IMG/VR virus record: IMGVR_UViG_3300046799_000011
Location: 32,001 to 96,000 of that record
Strand: one strand, 5' to 3'
Source of the DNA: a virus
Length of the DNA stretch: 64,000 bases
A program made the position numbers and the translations under genes. The notes beneath the pieces were generated by a model, which was not told the DNA's origin, made no database searches, and saw nothing but the letters and a program-made list of their open reading frames with translations. Shown here in pieces: positions 26,596 to 36,601 of this stretch (the stretch's first letter is position 1; each line of letters starts with the position of its first letter).

Positions 26596-26880
26596 TTAGT
26601 CTCCTAGTGAATTGACATGCCTGATCTTGAGGGATACCCCAGTAGTATTACCATCCTCATAAAGATGGTAAAGATTCTTACTGATGAACTCCCAAGTAAA
26701 GTTACCAGGCTCCTCAGCGTCATTGTAACCCGCCTTCCAGCGGGAGTAAAAGATGTCCTCATAATCCTGAATGGCACAGAATGCTGCAAACGACTTATCG
26801 TCGTACAGCTCATTACCTTCCCATTCAGGCCACTCGTCCATAATAACTTCGAAAACGTAGTCAGAAGTCACGTTCGGCAT
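26596..26880 (-). CDS. Acidic hypothetical protein
   Basis: ATG at 26880 with purine-rich RBS. Confidence 0.65.
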   Translation of the reverse strand: MPNVTSDYVFEVIMDEWPEWEGNELYDDKSFAAFCAIQDYEDIFYSRWKAGYNDAEEPGNFTWEFISKNLYHLYEDGNTTGVSLKIRHVNSLGD

Positions 26881-27187
26881 TCTGCTTTTCCCTTTCAATA
26901 AGGTAATCAATATGGTGCCTAGCCTTTTCTAGATCTTCTATACCGTTCTTGGCTCGGTAGCGCATGACGTACTTAACCACGTTTCCTTCCCAGAAGTCAA
27001 GCTCTCCCCGGGCTATCACTTCCCAAGGTTGAATAGCCATCGTCTTATAATGACTCCCCCCTACTTGCTTCTCAGAAGCCAACAAGGGTACAGATGCGGT
27101 GTAGTTATGAAGACCATGCTTAACGCAGCCTCGGGGCAGTCCCATATGATCAGCTTCAGGGCATTCACATATACATGGGGGTAGCAT
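26861..27187 (-). CDS. DUF3310 / T7 gp1.7-like nucleotide kinase-type protein
   Basis: QVGGSHYK...GNVVKY..R...KNGIEDLEKA. Confidence 0.85.
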   Translation of the reverse strand: MLPPCICECPEADHMGLPRGCVKHGLHNYTASVPLLASEKQVGGSHYKTMAIQPWEVIARGELDFWEGNVVKYVMRYRAKNGIEDLEKARHHIDYLIEREKQNAERDF

Positions 27188-27399
27188 TATGCGTTCCCCA
27201 AATCGTATCGGATAGTAGTAAGACCTACATAGGCTTCCCTTATAGCATTATGGAGATTCTGATTCTCTATTTCGAGATCCTTTGTATAGTCTGACTGCTC
27301 CTGTCCTGTGGCCTTTGCCCGTAGATAGTCGTACTCTTCTACGGTTAGAAAGTAGCCTACCTCACCATCAAAACTCATACCAATTGGCTGAGCACTCAC
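27187..27399 (-). CDS. Hypothetical protein
   Basis: Coupled ORF. Confidence 0.65.
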   Translation of the reverse strand: MSAQPIGMSFDGEVGYFLTVEEYDYLRAKATGQEQSDYTKDLEIENQNLHNAIREAYVGLTTIRYDLGNA

Positions 27400-27707
27400 T
27401 TGTGATCTCCCTCAAACTCTCGGAATTCATCCCACCAGGTACGTGTGGAAATTCGGGTTTCAAATACATGCTTGTGTGCCGCGTTAGCCGCCTTGCTAAT
27501 AGATGCTTTAGGCGAAAGCTTTATAGGCAAACCTACCTCATCATATGAATCTTGAAGACCCATAGTCTCATGGATAGTTTTATCCAGCCACTTACGTTCC
27601 TTACGGATAGCAACAAAGATATAACCCCAGCCATTACTACGGACACGATAGTAATAACCTTCAGGCAATTCTGGTGCTCCTATACTAAGGAGTTCTGCCA
27701 TAGTCAT
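27396..27707 (-). CDS. Hypothetical protein
   Basis: PELPEGYYYRV pattern; coupled ORF. Confidence 0.7.
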   Translation of the reverse strand: MTMAELLSIGAPELPEGYYYRVRSNGWGYIFVAIRKERKWLDKTIHETMGLQDSYDEVGLPIKLSPKASISKAANAAHKHVFETRISTRTWWDEFREFEGDHK

Positions 27708-28687
27708 TAGCTATCCTTAAGGATTCGGGTAAAGGTCTCCATGATATTGCCAAAGGCGGTAGTCAGTTCCTTGATATCGGAACTGAGCTGTGCCAGATCC
27801 GCCTTCTTTACAGAGAGGCTGTCGGTAACAGGGGCGATATTCTCACGAACATAGTCCACAGTCAAACCCAGCATGTCATCTGAAGTTACCGTAACAGTAG
27901 CCGAAAGCTCCCGCTTCTCTTCCTCACGAGCCACGGACTCAGCAACAAGCTTATCCAGTCCAGCAACTACCTCAGACTTAGCCTCAGGAACGTCCTGAGG
28001 GGCCTTCTGAGGCTCTTCCAGAGCCTTGGTGGGTACAGATGCCACCGCCTTCTTTGCGGCCCTCTTACGGGGCGCTGTGGCCTTCTTAGCCGGTACGGGA
28101 GCAACACCTTCAGTCTCTTCCCGATTGGCCTCAAAGACTGCAACAGAGGCTTCACGCTCAGCAATATCCTCAGCAGACTCATAGCCCTCAAAGGCATCGA
28201 TAAGTCCCTCACAGATATTCAGAGTCTGGAGATGCTTGTCATTCTTAGCGTAGCCAATGATCTCGAAATCAGAAAGAACAGAGCTACCCTGCTCATAAGT
28301 ACTCTTCGGGTTATGCGCCATAAGGAATGCTGTCTCATTACCAGTCATCTTCTCAATGACAAGCTGAGCAAGACCATACTCAAGAACAGCAAGCTCAGTC
28401 TTCCGATGGACAAAGCACTCTTCCGGAAGAGCGGAAAGCTCAGGAGTCATCGGAGCCATATCAGACTTGATAACTGTAAGCTTGAATTCCCACTCTGCGG
28501 CAATCTTGATAATGTTACGAATTGCCGGACCCATGTACTTGAAGAGCGGAAGGATAAGATGCACCTCACGCTCTGCATCAGGATCCGGAAAGATCCAATC
28601 ACCAAGGGATTCTTGAAGATGGGACAGGCTTGCATTACCAGAGCCTGCGACCATAATCGTCAGGTCCCTATTGAAATCGCGGGTCAT
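27707..28687 (-). CDS. Hypothetical protein with alpha/beta N-domain and Ala/Lys/Pro-rich linker
   Basis: AGGAGG RBS; PAKKATAPRKRAAKK. Confidence 0.8.
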   Translation of the reverse strand: MTRDFNRDLTIMVAGSGNASLSHLQESLGDWIFPDPDAEREVHLILPLFKYMGPAIRNIIKIAAEWEFKLTVIKSDMAPMTPELSALPEECFVHRKTELAVLEYGLAQLVIEKMTGNETAFLMAHNPKSTYEQGSSVLSDFEIIGYAKNDKHLQTLNICEGLIDAFEGYESAEDIAEREASVAVFEANREETEGVAPVPAKKATAPRKRAAKKAVASVPTKALEEPQKAPQDVPEAKSEVVAGLDKLVAESVAREEEKRELSATVTVTSDDMLGLTVDYVRENIAPVTDSLSVKKADLAQLSSDIKELTTAFGNIMETFTRILKDS

Positions 28688-28742
28688 TTATCCTCCTGTA
28701 AGACGTTGATGGGTTGAACTCTACGAGTAGCTATCGGATCTG

Positions 28743-29006
28743 TCAAGGGGGTGGAGGAATATTTGATCTCCGCTTGTTGACAGTAGGCTTGGGCGCTGGT
28801 ACATCTCTAGTAGTTACAAGTTGTACCAGCAAGACACCTCCCGCTACGGCAAGAATCTCACGTAGTCCGGTGGGTGTACGCCATGAAAGATACGCGGTAG
28901 CTGGGATGACTGTCAAGTGGATGAACCAGTCAGGTGCCCGGTAGATGTACGGACGTAAAAACTCCCATAACCATAGGGCCATGAGAGCTGAAGTGATAAG
29001 TTGCAT
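28743..29006 (-). CDS. Small three-helix membrane protein, holin-like
   Basis: Hydrophobic segments and basic C-terminus; AAGGAG RBS. Confidence 0.55.
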   Translation of the reverse strand: MQLITSALMALWLWEFLRPYIYRAPDWFIHLTVIPATAYLSWRTPTGLREILAVAGGVLLVQLVTTRDVPAPKPTVNKRRSNIPPPP

Positions 29007-29062
29007 AGATTCTCCTTGGTAGATTTCAGAGTCTACCAGACCTTGACAGACGAAGTCTCTCC

Positions 29063-29091
29063 TTGACAGGTACCACAGATATATGTATACT
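29063..29091 (+). promoter_or_regulatory. Near-consensus promoter on the non-coding strand (TTGACA-17-TATACT)
   Basis: -35 at 29063-29068, -10 at 29086-29091, with TG just upstream of the -10. Confidence 0.7.
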
Positions 29092-29116
29092 TTTCTTTAT
29101 AATCTTTTAGTTATAT

Positions 29117-29169
29117 AAATAAAGAAAAAGAGATACCTAAGTAAATTAAGTATCTCTTTTTCTTTATTT
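29117..29169. terminator. Perfect 20-bp inverted repeat, bidirectional terminator ending the tail operon
   Basis: AAATAAAGAAAAAGAGATAC / GTATCTCTTTTTCTTTATTT. Confidence 0.85.
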
Positions 29170-29172
29170 TAA

Positions 29173-31557
29173 TTATGTTATTGGTTGTGCAAATAGAAGA
29201 TTATAATCTTCTCCTACAGGTAGTACTGAAGTTATAGCTTCATTTAAACTAAGGAATTTATTATTGTAATCCTTATAGTAATAAGATCTAGCTAAATTAG
29301 CTGTCCCTCCGGACTCCCACTTGTAATCAGCAGAGGCGTAGCCTCCATCAAAGTAACCATTGTAAGTTTCAGTTTCTTCTACCAGAAGGGAATCAATCCA
29401 GTAAGAGAAAGGAGCATGGGCTAAGTCTTGGAATTGTACAAAGATATTAAAAATATAATCTTGTAGGCCCTCTGGTGGAATAGTATAAGTGAATTGGAAT
29501 CTAGCCCAATTACCATCTATATTTTCAGGATTAGTTATCTTCTGGTCATTGATAGAGTGTCTCGATACTCCTAAGAAATTACCATCATAAAAATCTACAA
29601 ACACGTCTGGACAATTATCACCTTGTAAAAGCCAACCAGAAATAGTATAAGTATGTCCTGGCTTAAGCCCCTGAACTACTGGATACAACCCCGCAGTAAT
29701 TTTTGGTTTATTTGCTACACCAATCTTTGCATTAGAAGCTCCAGTAAACGTACCGCTAGGAGCTACTACATTTACCCGTAAAGAACCTAAAGATTGATAA
29801 CCAACTGTGCTGTCCCAAGCCACTGTTGCCGGAGTTGGTGTTCCCGTAGTACCTGAATTCGACTGGAACCATTGAGCAATTCCGGTATTGAATCCTGAGT
29901 TAACTACATAGTTTACCCTATCAGCTTTTACATTAATCTGTGCAGCTCTTGGGTGCTGGTAGTCTGTTGCTGCCTCTGTGAACTTAAGAGAGGCAGTTGT
30001 GATGGAATTGTTGCTGGTATACACCGTTTCCACTAATGGGGCTGTAACCTCAACTACGGGAACTACAGCCACCCAGGCAGCGTTAGTAGGAACCACAGTT
30101 TGATCCGCGTAAACTACACCGCTCTGCCAAATATTACTTCCAGGATGAGTGTTCTGGTTATTGATCAGAGCCTGTTGGTATGTGGATTCCACAAGGATAT
30201 TATACGAAGCATCATAGAATACAAGACTGGCAAACCAGATGGTATTAGCTCTTGCAGTAGACAGATAGACACTTCCAAAGAATGCCTCAGGATTTCCACT
30301 GTCATAACGTACAGGTACTAACGCTTCAAACTGAGGTAATACAAAGTAACCGAGAGTTGCATCACCTAAGGTGGCAGGACTTGTATTGGAAATTATCTTT
30401 CCTGAGTATTGTCCGTTCAAAGCCAGGTCAGTACTTCGGGTAATAGATGTAACACCCGTACCCGGAGAATACGCACAGCTATCAGTATAGATAGATGCGT
30501 TCAAAGGTAGTCTATTACCCAAACCTGTTGTTGTTTCTACTTGGGCATTAGTAAATAGGGTTGGGTTGGTATCTATAGGACTTAACGTGTTTCTTACATT
30601 TACGTAAGCTGCTGGTTGGAAGTAACTACCATCACGGTAAGGCATAGGAGCTGCAATAGGAGTTGAGTTATTGAACCAGCCGTTGACTGCCAATGTTCCT
30701 GCGAACTCCAGCGGATTGAGGGGTGCCCACGCATTGGTAACCAGAGGATCCACAGTTTGTACCGCTGCTGTGTAAACGAAGTCGGTCAGTCCTCCCTCAG
30801 GTATCCCTAGAGTGACGTTAAACGCCGCTCTGAAGCCCGCTGAGGCGTTAACAGAACCCGATAGGGCATTGGGGTCAGTCAGGGAAATCTGACCGCTTAC
30901 AGAGGCTGTGGCGGTTCCTGTGGAGCTGAGTTCAAGGCTGTCGTACGGATTGTTTACATGAGAAATATAGGCAAAGTTATCCGGATTCTCTAGCCCAGTG
31001 AATCCAGAGAATATGGTTACCGTTACGGAAGAACCATCCCATGTGTATGGGACGCTACCTTGTTGTGTCCACGTAGATCCGTCAGGGGAAGTATCAAAGT
31101 ACAAAGTAACCTTTGCTACGTCTCTAATACGCCAGTAAGCATGTGCCACGGGATCGTACGTAGGCATTTGATTAATAGTGATATTGGAATCATCAGAGAC
31201 ATAGGCATTGAACTGACCATTAGGCCCTTGAGAGATTTCAACATAGTTATGTCTGTCAAATCGTATAAGGAGACCTGTTTGAATTCCGCCATTACCAGCG
31301 GGAGCCGGAACTATCTTCGCAAAGAAGTAACTGTCTTCCAAGTCATACAGTGAGGCACCCATATAACTTGGGGTATCTGTAGCTTCTACATAGACCAATT
31401 CCTGTACAGCATCGAACCCATAGTTACCGCTATTGGTATTCCATTGCGGATTGATGAAGTCGCTGGAGTCTCCAAAACCCCCATCACCAAAGCCGAAGAA
31501 ACCAAAGCCACCGCCCAAAAAGATATCGGTCAGGGTACTTGTTTTTGGATTTGCCAT
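29173..31557 (-). CDS. Baseplate/minor tail protein with lectin-like and CBM4/9-like domains
   Basis: NYVVNSGFNTG...LKPGHTYTISGW...WARFQFTYT...WIDSLLVE...YFDG. Confidence 0.75.
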   Translation of the reverse strand: MANPKTSTLTDIFLGGGFGFFGFGDGGFGDSSDFINPQWNTNSGNYGFDAVQELVYVEATDTPSYMGASLYDLEDSYFFAKIVPAPAGNGGIQTGLLIRFDRHNYVEISQGPNGQFNAYVSDDSNITINQMPTYDPVAHAYWRIRDVAKVTLYFDTSPDGSTWTQQGSVPYTWDGSSVTVTIFSGFTGLENPDNFAYISHVNNPYDSLELSSTGTATASVSGQISLTDPNALSGSVNASAGFRAAFNVTLGIPEGGLTDFVYTAAVQTVDPLVTNAWAPLNPLEFAGTLAVNGWFNNSTPIAAPMPYRDGSYFQPAAYVNVRNTLSPIDTNPTLFTNAQVETTTGLGNRLPLNASIYTDSCAYSPGTGVTSITRSTDLALNGQYSGKIISNTSPATLGDATLGYFVLPQFEALVPVRYDSGNPEAFFGSVYLSTARANTIWFASLVFYDASYNILVESTYQQALINNQNTHPGSNIWQSGVVYADQTVVPTNAAWVAVVPVVEVTAPLVETVYTSNNSITTASLKFTEAATDYQHPRAAQINVKADRVNYVVNSGFNTGIAQWFQSNSGTTGTPTPATVAWDSTVGYQSLGSLRVNVVAPSGTFTGASNAKIGVANKPKITAGLYPVVQGLKPGHTYTISGWLLQGDNCPDVFVDFYDGNFLGVSRHSINDQKITNPENIDGNWARFQFTYTIPPEGLQDYIFNIFVQFQDLAHAPFSYWIDSLLVEETETYNGYFDGGYASADYKWESGGTANLARSYYYKDYNNKFLSLNEAITSVLPVGEDYNLLFAQPIT

Positions 31558-33942
31558 TTATAGTGCTCCAGTTGCTGAATACTTCTGAATAATACCAACG
31601 CGGCCTACACTACCAGCACTAGGACCAGTGGCTACAGAATGACAGATACGTGTAAGAGATCCGTCACCATTGCGAGTGTATTTGTATACATCGATATTAG
31701 CATTTACATCTACTAAGATTCTGTCTTCATCTTCTAGCCGAGTCCAGGAAGCCAATGAAGTATCTACACCTCCGTTTACTCTACGTAAGCTGGTTCTTGT
31801 AACGTAGTAGAAGTTCAGACTGTCTTGCCAATCGAATATAACTCCGTGAGTCTTATGCCCCGTGTCTGTATAGTCCGTGGCAAAAGTTACACCTAATCTG
31901 CCGCGTGTATTTCCTACATCCAAAGTCAGATATAAATACGCAGTAGTGCCCGCTGCTACCTGGTCAACCCAAGCCATACCATAACTTGAACGCCATAGAC
32001 TGTCGGCTCCCTCTTCTTCTATGCTGGGAAGCCAGAAGGCATTACCAATAGTTCCATCGGTTGCGGCATTTGCGAGTGATGGTTCTGTAGTGCCTGCCAG
32101 ATCAGCGTAGTCCGCTACATAACGTGCAACTACACCTTCAGCATTTACGTTATAGCCGGAATAGAAACTGGAAGTATTGTTAATTAAATTACCATTTTTA
32201 TCGTAGAACCACAGGGTAGTGAATACCTCGTTGATTCCGGCGTCAGCAACATTTCTACCCCAAGCACCAGAGGAAACCAAAGTCTTCTGTGAAGGTGAGA
32301 TAAATACCCAATTAGCGTTGGAGTAGTAGTAACCACTTGGCTGGCTATTAATATTGTCGAAACCGGCCTGGTAAACAATACCCAAGTATTCAACCTGAGT
32401 ACCCTCAGCGTACTTAGTGGTTGAATTCCATTGAGGTAGCTGGGCTACAGGAATTCCATCCCTAATAATGTTAGGTCTGTCTGCTGTTGTGAAGTAGAAC
32501 GGCTGCCAGAAAGACTGATCTGTTCCCGGAGTCTTTGCTCCATATGCCGTTCCTGGTCCTGAGGGCTTTAGCGCCTTGTAGTAATAACCATCAGTGTAAA
32601 GAACATTGTTGTCTATTACGTAGTTTGTACCAGAGGAGTAGTTAGGTGTGTACAGCGCAGTTGTTGAATCTAATAGATCTGTGCCACCTACGTTCGTCTG
32701 TACTATAGACAGTGCATTCCAATTATTTATAGCGGTATCTGTTGGATGCGGTAGTCCTGTACGAACTCCTACAATACTTCCGGTTGCCCCACCAGCACCT
32801 GTGTATCCCCAAGTGGACTGCTGATTGGTCTGAGGATTCTTATTGGTAGTCGTATCCGAAATGTACTGCTGTACTGTCCACCAAGTATTGGCAGAAGTTG
32901 TACCTGTGGGAGCCTGAGCTTGTCCCTTGGATTGCACAAGGTTCTTATAGTTATAACCGTTGTACTGAATTATCTGGTTGACAAAGTATGTAGTATTAGC
33001 ACTCCACAAATCATAAGTTGGATGTACAAAAGCAGTTTGATCCGCGTCATTGTACATATTGGGACCATAAGTAATCTCAGAATCCCAGCCCGCTAACTCA
33101 GCAATAAGATTATGAATACTCTGAGTCTGACCCTTCATACGGTAGTTGACAGCCGCGTTCTTTACGCGCTGTCTACGTTGTTGTGGCGTAGACAGATAAT
33201 CAGACTGTATGCCTAGTTGTTGACCTAACATATCCAGGTAAGTTGCTGACACAGTATCTGCATTGCCCAGTTCAAGGTATGAGTCGTACTCTGCCTTCAG
33301 CATATCCAAACCGAATCCAAATATAGATTCATAATTGAATAGCGCCTGGTTGTCAACAGCCGTATTAGAGAAAGTATCTGAGGTACTGATCTTATACGGC
33401 TGAGGAGTTCTGTCGTACAGGCGTGTTGTATATCCTTGATTACCAATAGCCAGCGTGGCAGTAAACCCGGCCGGATACCAGGTAGGAATGTAGTTAGTAG
33501 GTGACCAGAAAGAGGAACCGGCTGCTGGAATGTGGTTTGTATTACTGTTCTGAGTGCTTGTCCAGTACAGGCCATTGTAAAGAACTTGCTGGTTGAGAAT
33601 GTAAGTGGATCCGGAGTTCCAAGTAGGTGCCTCTACAGAGATGAACATGGAGTAGTAGTAGATAACACCAGAGTCTAATCCGGGATCATCATACGTTCTT
33701 ACAATTGTTCCAGGATAAATAGTAGTAAGTACTACACCATCCTCAGGTCTACTTGGATAACCGTAAGTACTTCTAACCAACTCCATAACTTTCCAGGACG
33801 TTGTATTAGGGGACGCCCAAGATAGAGTAATGTCACCGTAGTCAGTCTGTGTAGCTACAAAAGGTGCAACACTGTAATCCGCTGGCTGAGAATACCCGTA
33901 AGTCGCCAGACCATAGATATCAACACCAAATCCTTGACTCAT
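31558..33942 (-). CDS. Baseplate wedge/tail protein (P2 gpI-like) with FN3-like domain and four CBM5/12-like repeats
   Basis: LDMLGQQLG...QRRQRVKNA...YRMKG; repeats W....Y.....V.YNG..Y. Confidence 0.75.
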   Translation of the reverse strand: MSQGFGVDIYGLATYGYSQPADYSVAPFVATQTDYGDITLSWASPNTTSWKVMELVRSTYGYPSRPEDGVVLTTIYPGTIVRTYDDPGLDSGVIYYYSMFISVEAPTWNSGSTYILNQQVLYNGLYWTSTQNSNTNHIPAAGSSFWSPTNYIPTWYPAGFTATLAIGNQGYTTRLYDRTPQPYKISTSDTFSNTAVDNQALFNYESIFGFGLDMLKAEYDSYLELGNADTVSATYLDMLGQQLGIQSDYLSTPQQRRQRVKNAAVNYRMKGQTQSIHNLIAELAGWDSEITYGPNMYNDADQTAFVHPTYDLWSANTTYFVNQIIQYNGYNYKNLVQSKGQAQAPTGTTSANTWWTVQQYISDTTTNKNPQTNQQSTWGYTGAGGATGSIVGVRTGLPHPTDTAINNWNALSIVQTNVGGTDLLDSTTALYTPNYSSGTNYVIDNNVLYTDGYYYKALKPSGPGTAYGAKTPGTDQSFWQPFYFTTADRPNIIRDGIPVAQLPQWNSTTKYAEGTQVEYLGIVYQAGFDNINSQPSGYYYSNANWVFISPSQKTLVSSGAWGRNVADAGINEVFTTLWFYDKNGNLINNTSSFYSGYNVNAEGVVARYVADYADLAGTTEPSLANAATDGTIGNAFWLPSIEEEGADSLWRSSYGMAWVDQVAAGTTAYLYLTLDVGNTRGRLGVTFATDYTDTGHKTHGVIFDWQDSLNFYYVTRTSLRRVNGGVDTSLASWTRLEDEDRILVDVNANIDVYKYTRNGDGSLTRICHSVATGPSAGSVGRVGIIQKYSATGAL

Positions 33943-33962
33943 ATGTTTATTCTCCTAGTTGA

Positions 33963-34640
33963 TTACAGGTTGTTCAATGTTGGTGGATCTCTATGATAAG
34001 TAATAGCACAGAATGCTGTAGCTATAAGTTGTGGTGTATACCCGCTCTGTCTTACCTGCATACGCACTGAACTACCATTGGCCCAAGGCGCTGTAATAGA
34101 TGCGGACTGATGTGTGGACTTCTGCCAACCTATGGGGAAGAATCCTCCCTGGTTTACTACATTGGCTACTTGACCTGAAGGTACTAGAGCAATAAATAGC
34201 TCACCATTTCTATTGAATACCGGCTGCTGGTTATCTAGATAAGTAGAATCATGGTGCCATCTGATATAGATATCAAAAGTATAAATACCTGAGCGCTTAC
34301 ATGTCAGGCTAGAACCTGCGGTCCACATGTTGTGGGTGTCGTAAGTTTGGTTAGTCCAGTTTACTGTAGTTGTAGTATTGTACGGAACTGTAAAGTTATG
34401 TGCTGATACATATACATAGGGATTTGACACACCCTTGCGAACGGCAGATATTCTGGAACTTACTGAGGGCCAGGTATTTACTGCTCCGTCAATAGTATCA
34501 GTTTGAGGATTCGTACCTAATGTAGTTTGGATGGCACGAATTTCATCATAGGAAACATTGACATCCGCCGCTTCAACCAGTTCCGTAAAGTCCTGACGGT
34601 ATGCGAATGTTTTAATAGCTGAAGGATAAACCGCTACCAT
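33963..34640 (-). CDS. Minor tail protein / short fibre
   Basis: V.AADVN..YDEI.AIQ..LGTNP N-terminus; C1q-like beta C-terminus. Confidence 0.65.
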   Translation of the reverse strand: MVAVYPSAIKTFAYRQDFTELVEAADVNVSYDEIRAIQTTLGTNPQTDTIDGAVNTWPSVSSRISAVRKGVSNPYVYVSAHNFTVPYNTTTTVNWTNQTYDTHNMWTAGSSLTCKRSGIYTFDIYIRWHHDSTYLDNQQPVFNRNGELFIALVPSGQVANVVNQGGFFPIGWQKSTHQSASITAPWANGSSVRMQVRQSGYTPQLIATAFCAITYHRDPPTLNNL

Positions 34641-34650
34641 CTAGCTCTCC

Positions 34651-36177
34651 TTAGGTAGTTGCTGTAACAGTAACGATGATGTTTCCAGCAGTGGGTAATT
34701 CATTATTTCTCATAAGAATATCTGCTGCACCAGATTGTGTTGCATCGCTTCTGACGAATAGGGGGATATTAACGTACTGTACACCTGGAATCTGGGATAG
34801 CGCCGAGTAGACAGCACTTAAAGTTACACGCCCGCCCAGAAGGGTATTAGCTGGGGCGAAGAGATTCTGAATAGCCTGAACCGCAAGTATCTGAATAGAT
34901 GTAGGACTGTAACGAGAACTACAACCAATGAGTACTGGGCTACCTGTTGACCCCACGTTAATCGGTACCAAGGTAGCGGCTGTGCATGTAACTAAAGTTC
35001 CGGCAAGAGACAAAGGCTGTAGGTACGCGGTAACGTCATCCAACGTGGCCTGAGTGGGTACGGTATTACCTTGCCCTGTAATATAAACCGTTATGTTTGT
35101 GTAGGTATTAGCTACAGCTCTGGCCTGGGAAACGATAGGCAGGGACATAGCTAGATTGCCATAGTCAGTTAGCGTTACTGCCCGCTGTTGGGTAGTGAAG
35201 GCCAACGGTGCGTTAGTGCGGATCTGATCTATGGTCTCTGCCTCGGTGCCTCCTGTAGTAGAGGTAGAGGAGGCAATAGAAATACCGGTTATAGCTGAAG
35301 CTATATCAACAATGGAATTAGCTGACAGGTTACCGATAGTTCCCCCGCCTACACGGTAATTAGCATAGATGCTTAATCCGGATGGTGGGACAGAACCATT
35401 GATGCCATCACCAAAGTGAATAGAAACAACACCATCAGCATCCACGGATTCAGCCCAAGCCAGATCGGCAGAACCGGATTGCTGTAGAGAAGGAACTTGA
35501 TTCCAGGGAAGAATAGGATCCTGGCCACTGGTAGTTCCGAAGGCAGGGTTCTGTACATAAACAGTAATGGAACCACTTACTACAGGATTGTTGGCAAGAG
35601 TAAATGCCTGTAGATCTGCGCCTGTGGATGTGCCCAGAAGTTCTGTAGTAATAGAGAAGGGGGAAGTAGTGGAGTTACCTATAGTAAATACCGCTGAGCC
35701 CTGAGTAATTCCCTGGACTACGGGAACGGCTATTGTTCCTCCGGCTGCGGGAACTGTAGCGGCTGCGGTTGTCTCAAAGACAATAGGGCCATTGATGCTG
35801 GACACGTAGTTAGTAGTAACCTGTGTAGCTAATGGAACAGCTACTGCACCAGAAGTACTATCGGTTTGGAAAGTAACTGTACCTGTGGCTGCAAGAGCTT
35901 GTCCCGGCGTATAGCCTAGTAACGCAGCTAATTGAATAACTGAGGAAAGCTGAGTGGCAGTACCTATATAAGCTTCGGAAACTATACGGTCACCATAGTA
36001 GGAAAGCACGTCAAGTTCTCTGGCAAGGGATTCCAGAAGCATGACTTCAAGACTACCCGGATTCTGATTGGTCCATTCTGGAAATGCTGTTTTAGCAAAG
36101 TCCAGCATAGAACCTATGAAACCTGTGTAGTCCTTACTTGTGTAATCGATTGCGGGAACGCCATTAACTGTTGCCAC
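34651..36177 (-). CDS. Baseplate J / T4 gp6-like wedge protein
   Basis: IDYTSKDY, PEWT, LLGYTP, FGDGING, YRVGGG..GN, RAVT..DY. Confidence 0.92.
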   Translation of the reverse strand: MATVNGVPAIDYTSKDYTGFIGSMLDFAKTAFPEWTNQNPGSLEVMLLESLARELDVLSYYGDRIVSEAYIGTATQLSSVIQLAALLGYTPGQALAATGTVTFQTDSTSGAVAVPLATQVTTNYVSSINGPIVFETTAAATVPAAGGTIAVPVVQGITQGSAVFTIGNSTTSPFSITTELLGTSTGADLQAFTLANNPVVSGSITVYVQNPAFGTTSGQDPILPWNQVPSLQQSGSADLAWAESVDADGVVSIHFGDGINGSVPPSGLSIYANYRVGGGTIGNLSANSIVDIASAITGISIASSTSTTGGTEAETIDQIRTNAPLAFTTQQRAVTLTDYGNLAMSLPIVSQARAVANTYTNITVYITGQGNTVPTQATLDDVTAYLQPLSLAGTLVTCTAATLVPINVGSTGSPVLIGCSSRYSPTSIQILAVQAIQNLFAPANTLLGGRVTLSAVYSALSQIPGVQYVNIPLFVRSDATQSGAADILMRNNELPTAGNIIVTVTATT

Positions 36178-36583
36178 TGACTGTGACCTCCTTTACTGTT
36201 CCGCCGACTTCTACCGTTACTACATTAGCAACAGAGCTGCTAGCAGATGCTTGGAGAAGAGGTCTGTAGTTTACGCTGACAGCGGCAACGCCATCGTTTG
36301 CTTGGTCTGTTTTAGGTGTTACTGAAAGTACTTCAATTCCAGGTTCAAAGGTGTTAAGTTGCTGAGTAACTAAAGTTCCTAGCTCTGTTGCAATAAGACT
36401 ATTATTGGCATCGAATAGCAACTGGGATAAAGGAAGTCCCATGTCAGCGCGCATTGCTCGTTGCCCAAGTTCTGTGGAAACGATTGCGTCAATTCTTTGC
36501 AGTACCTGAACTGCTTGGTCAGTCTCTACTGACACCGCCCCATTTTCCAGGACAGCAAACGGTATGCTAATTTGTGTACCCAT
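36164..36583 (-). CDS. Baseplate gp25/GpW-like protein
   Basis: ISIPF...T.LGQR.MR...G...LLF...FEP. Confidence 0.88.
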   Translation of the reverse strand: MGTQISIPFAVLENGAVSVETDQAVQVLQRIDAIVSTELGQRAMRADMGLPLSQLLFDANNSLIATELGTLVTQQLNTFEPGIEVLSVTPKTDQANDGVAAVSVNYRPLLQASASSSVANVVTVEVGGTVKEVTVSGNS

Positions 36584-36601
36584 ATATTTATTATCCCAGA
36601 T

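Noticed and set aside
28743-29006. Definite holin call
   Set aside because: Topology fits but there is no adjacent endolysin, so it is kept only as holin-like
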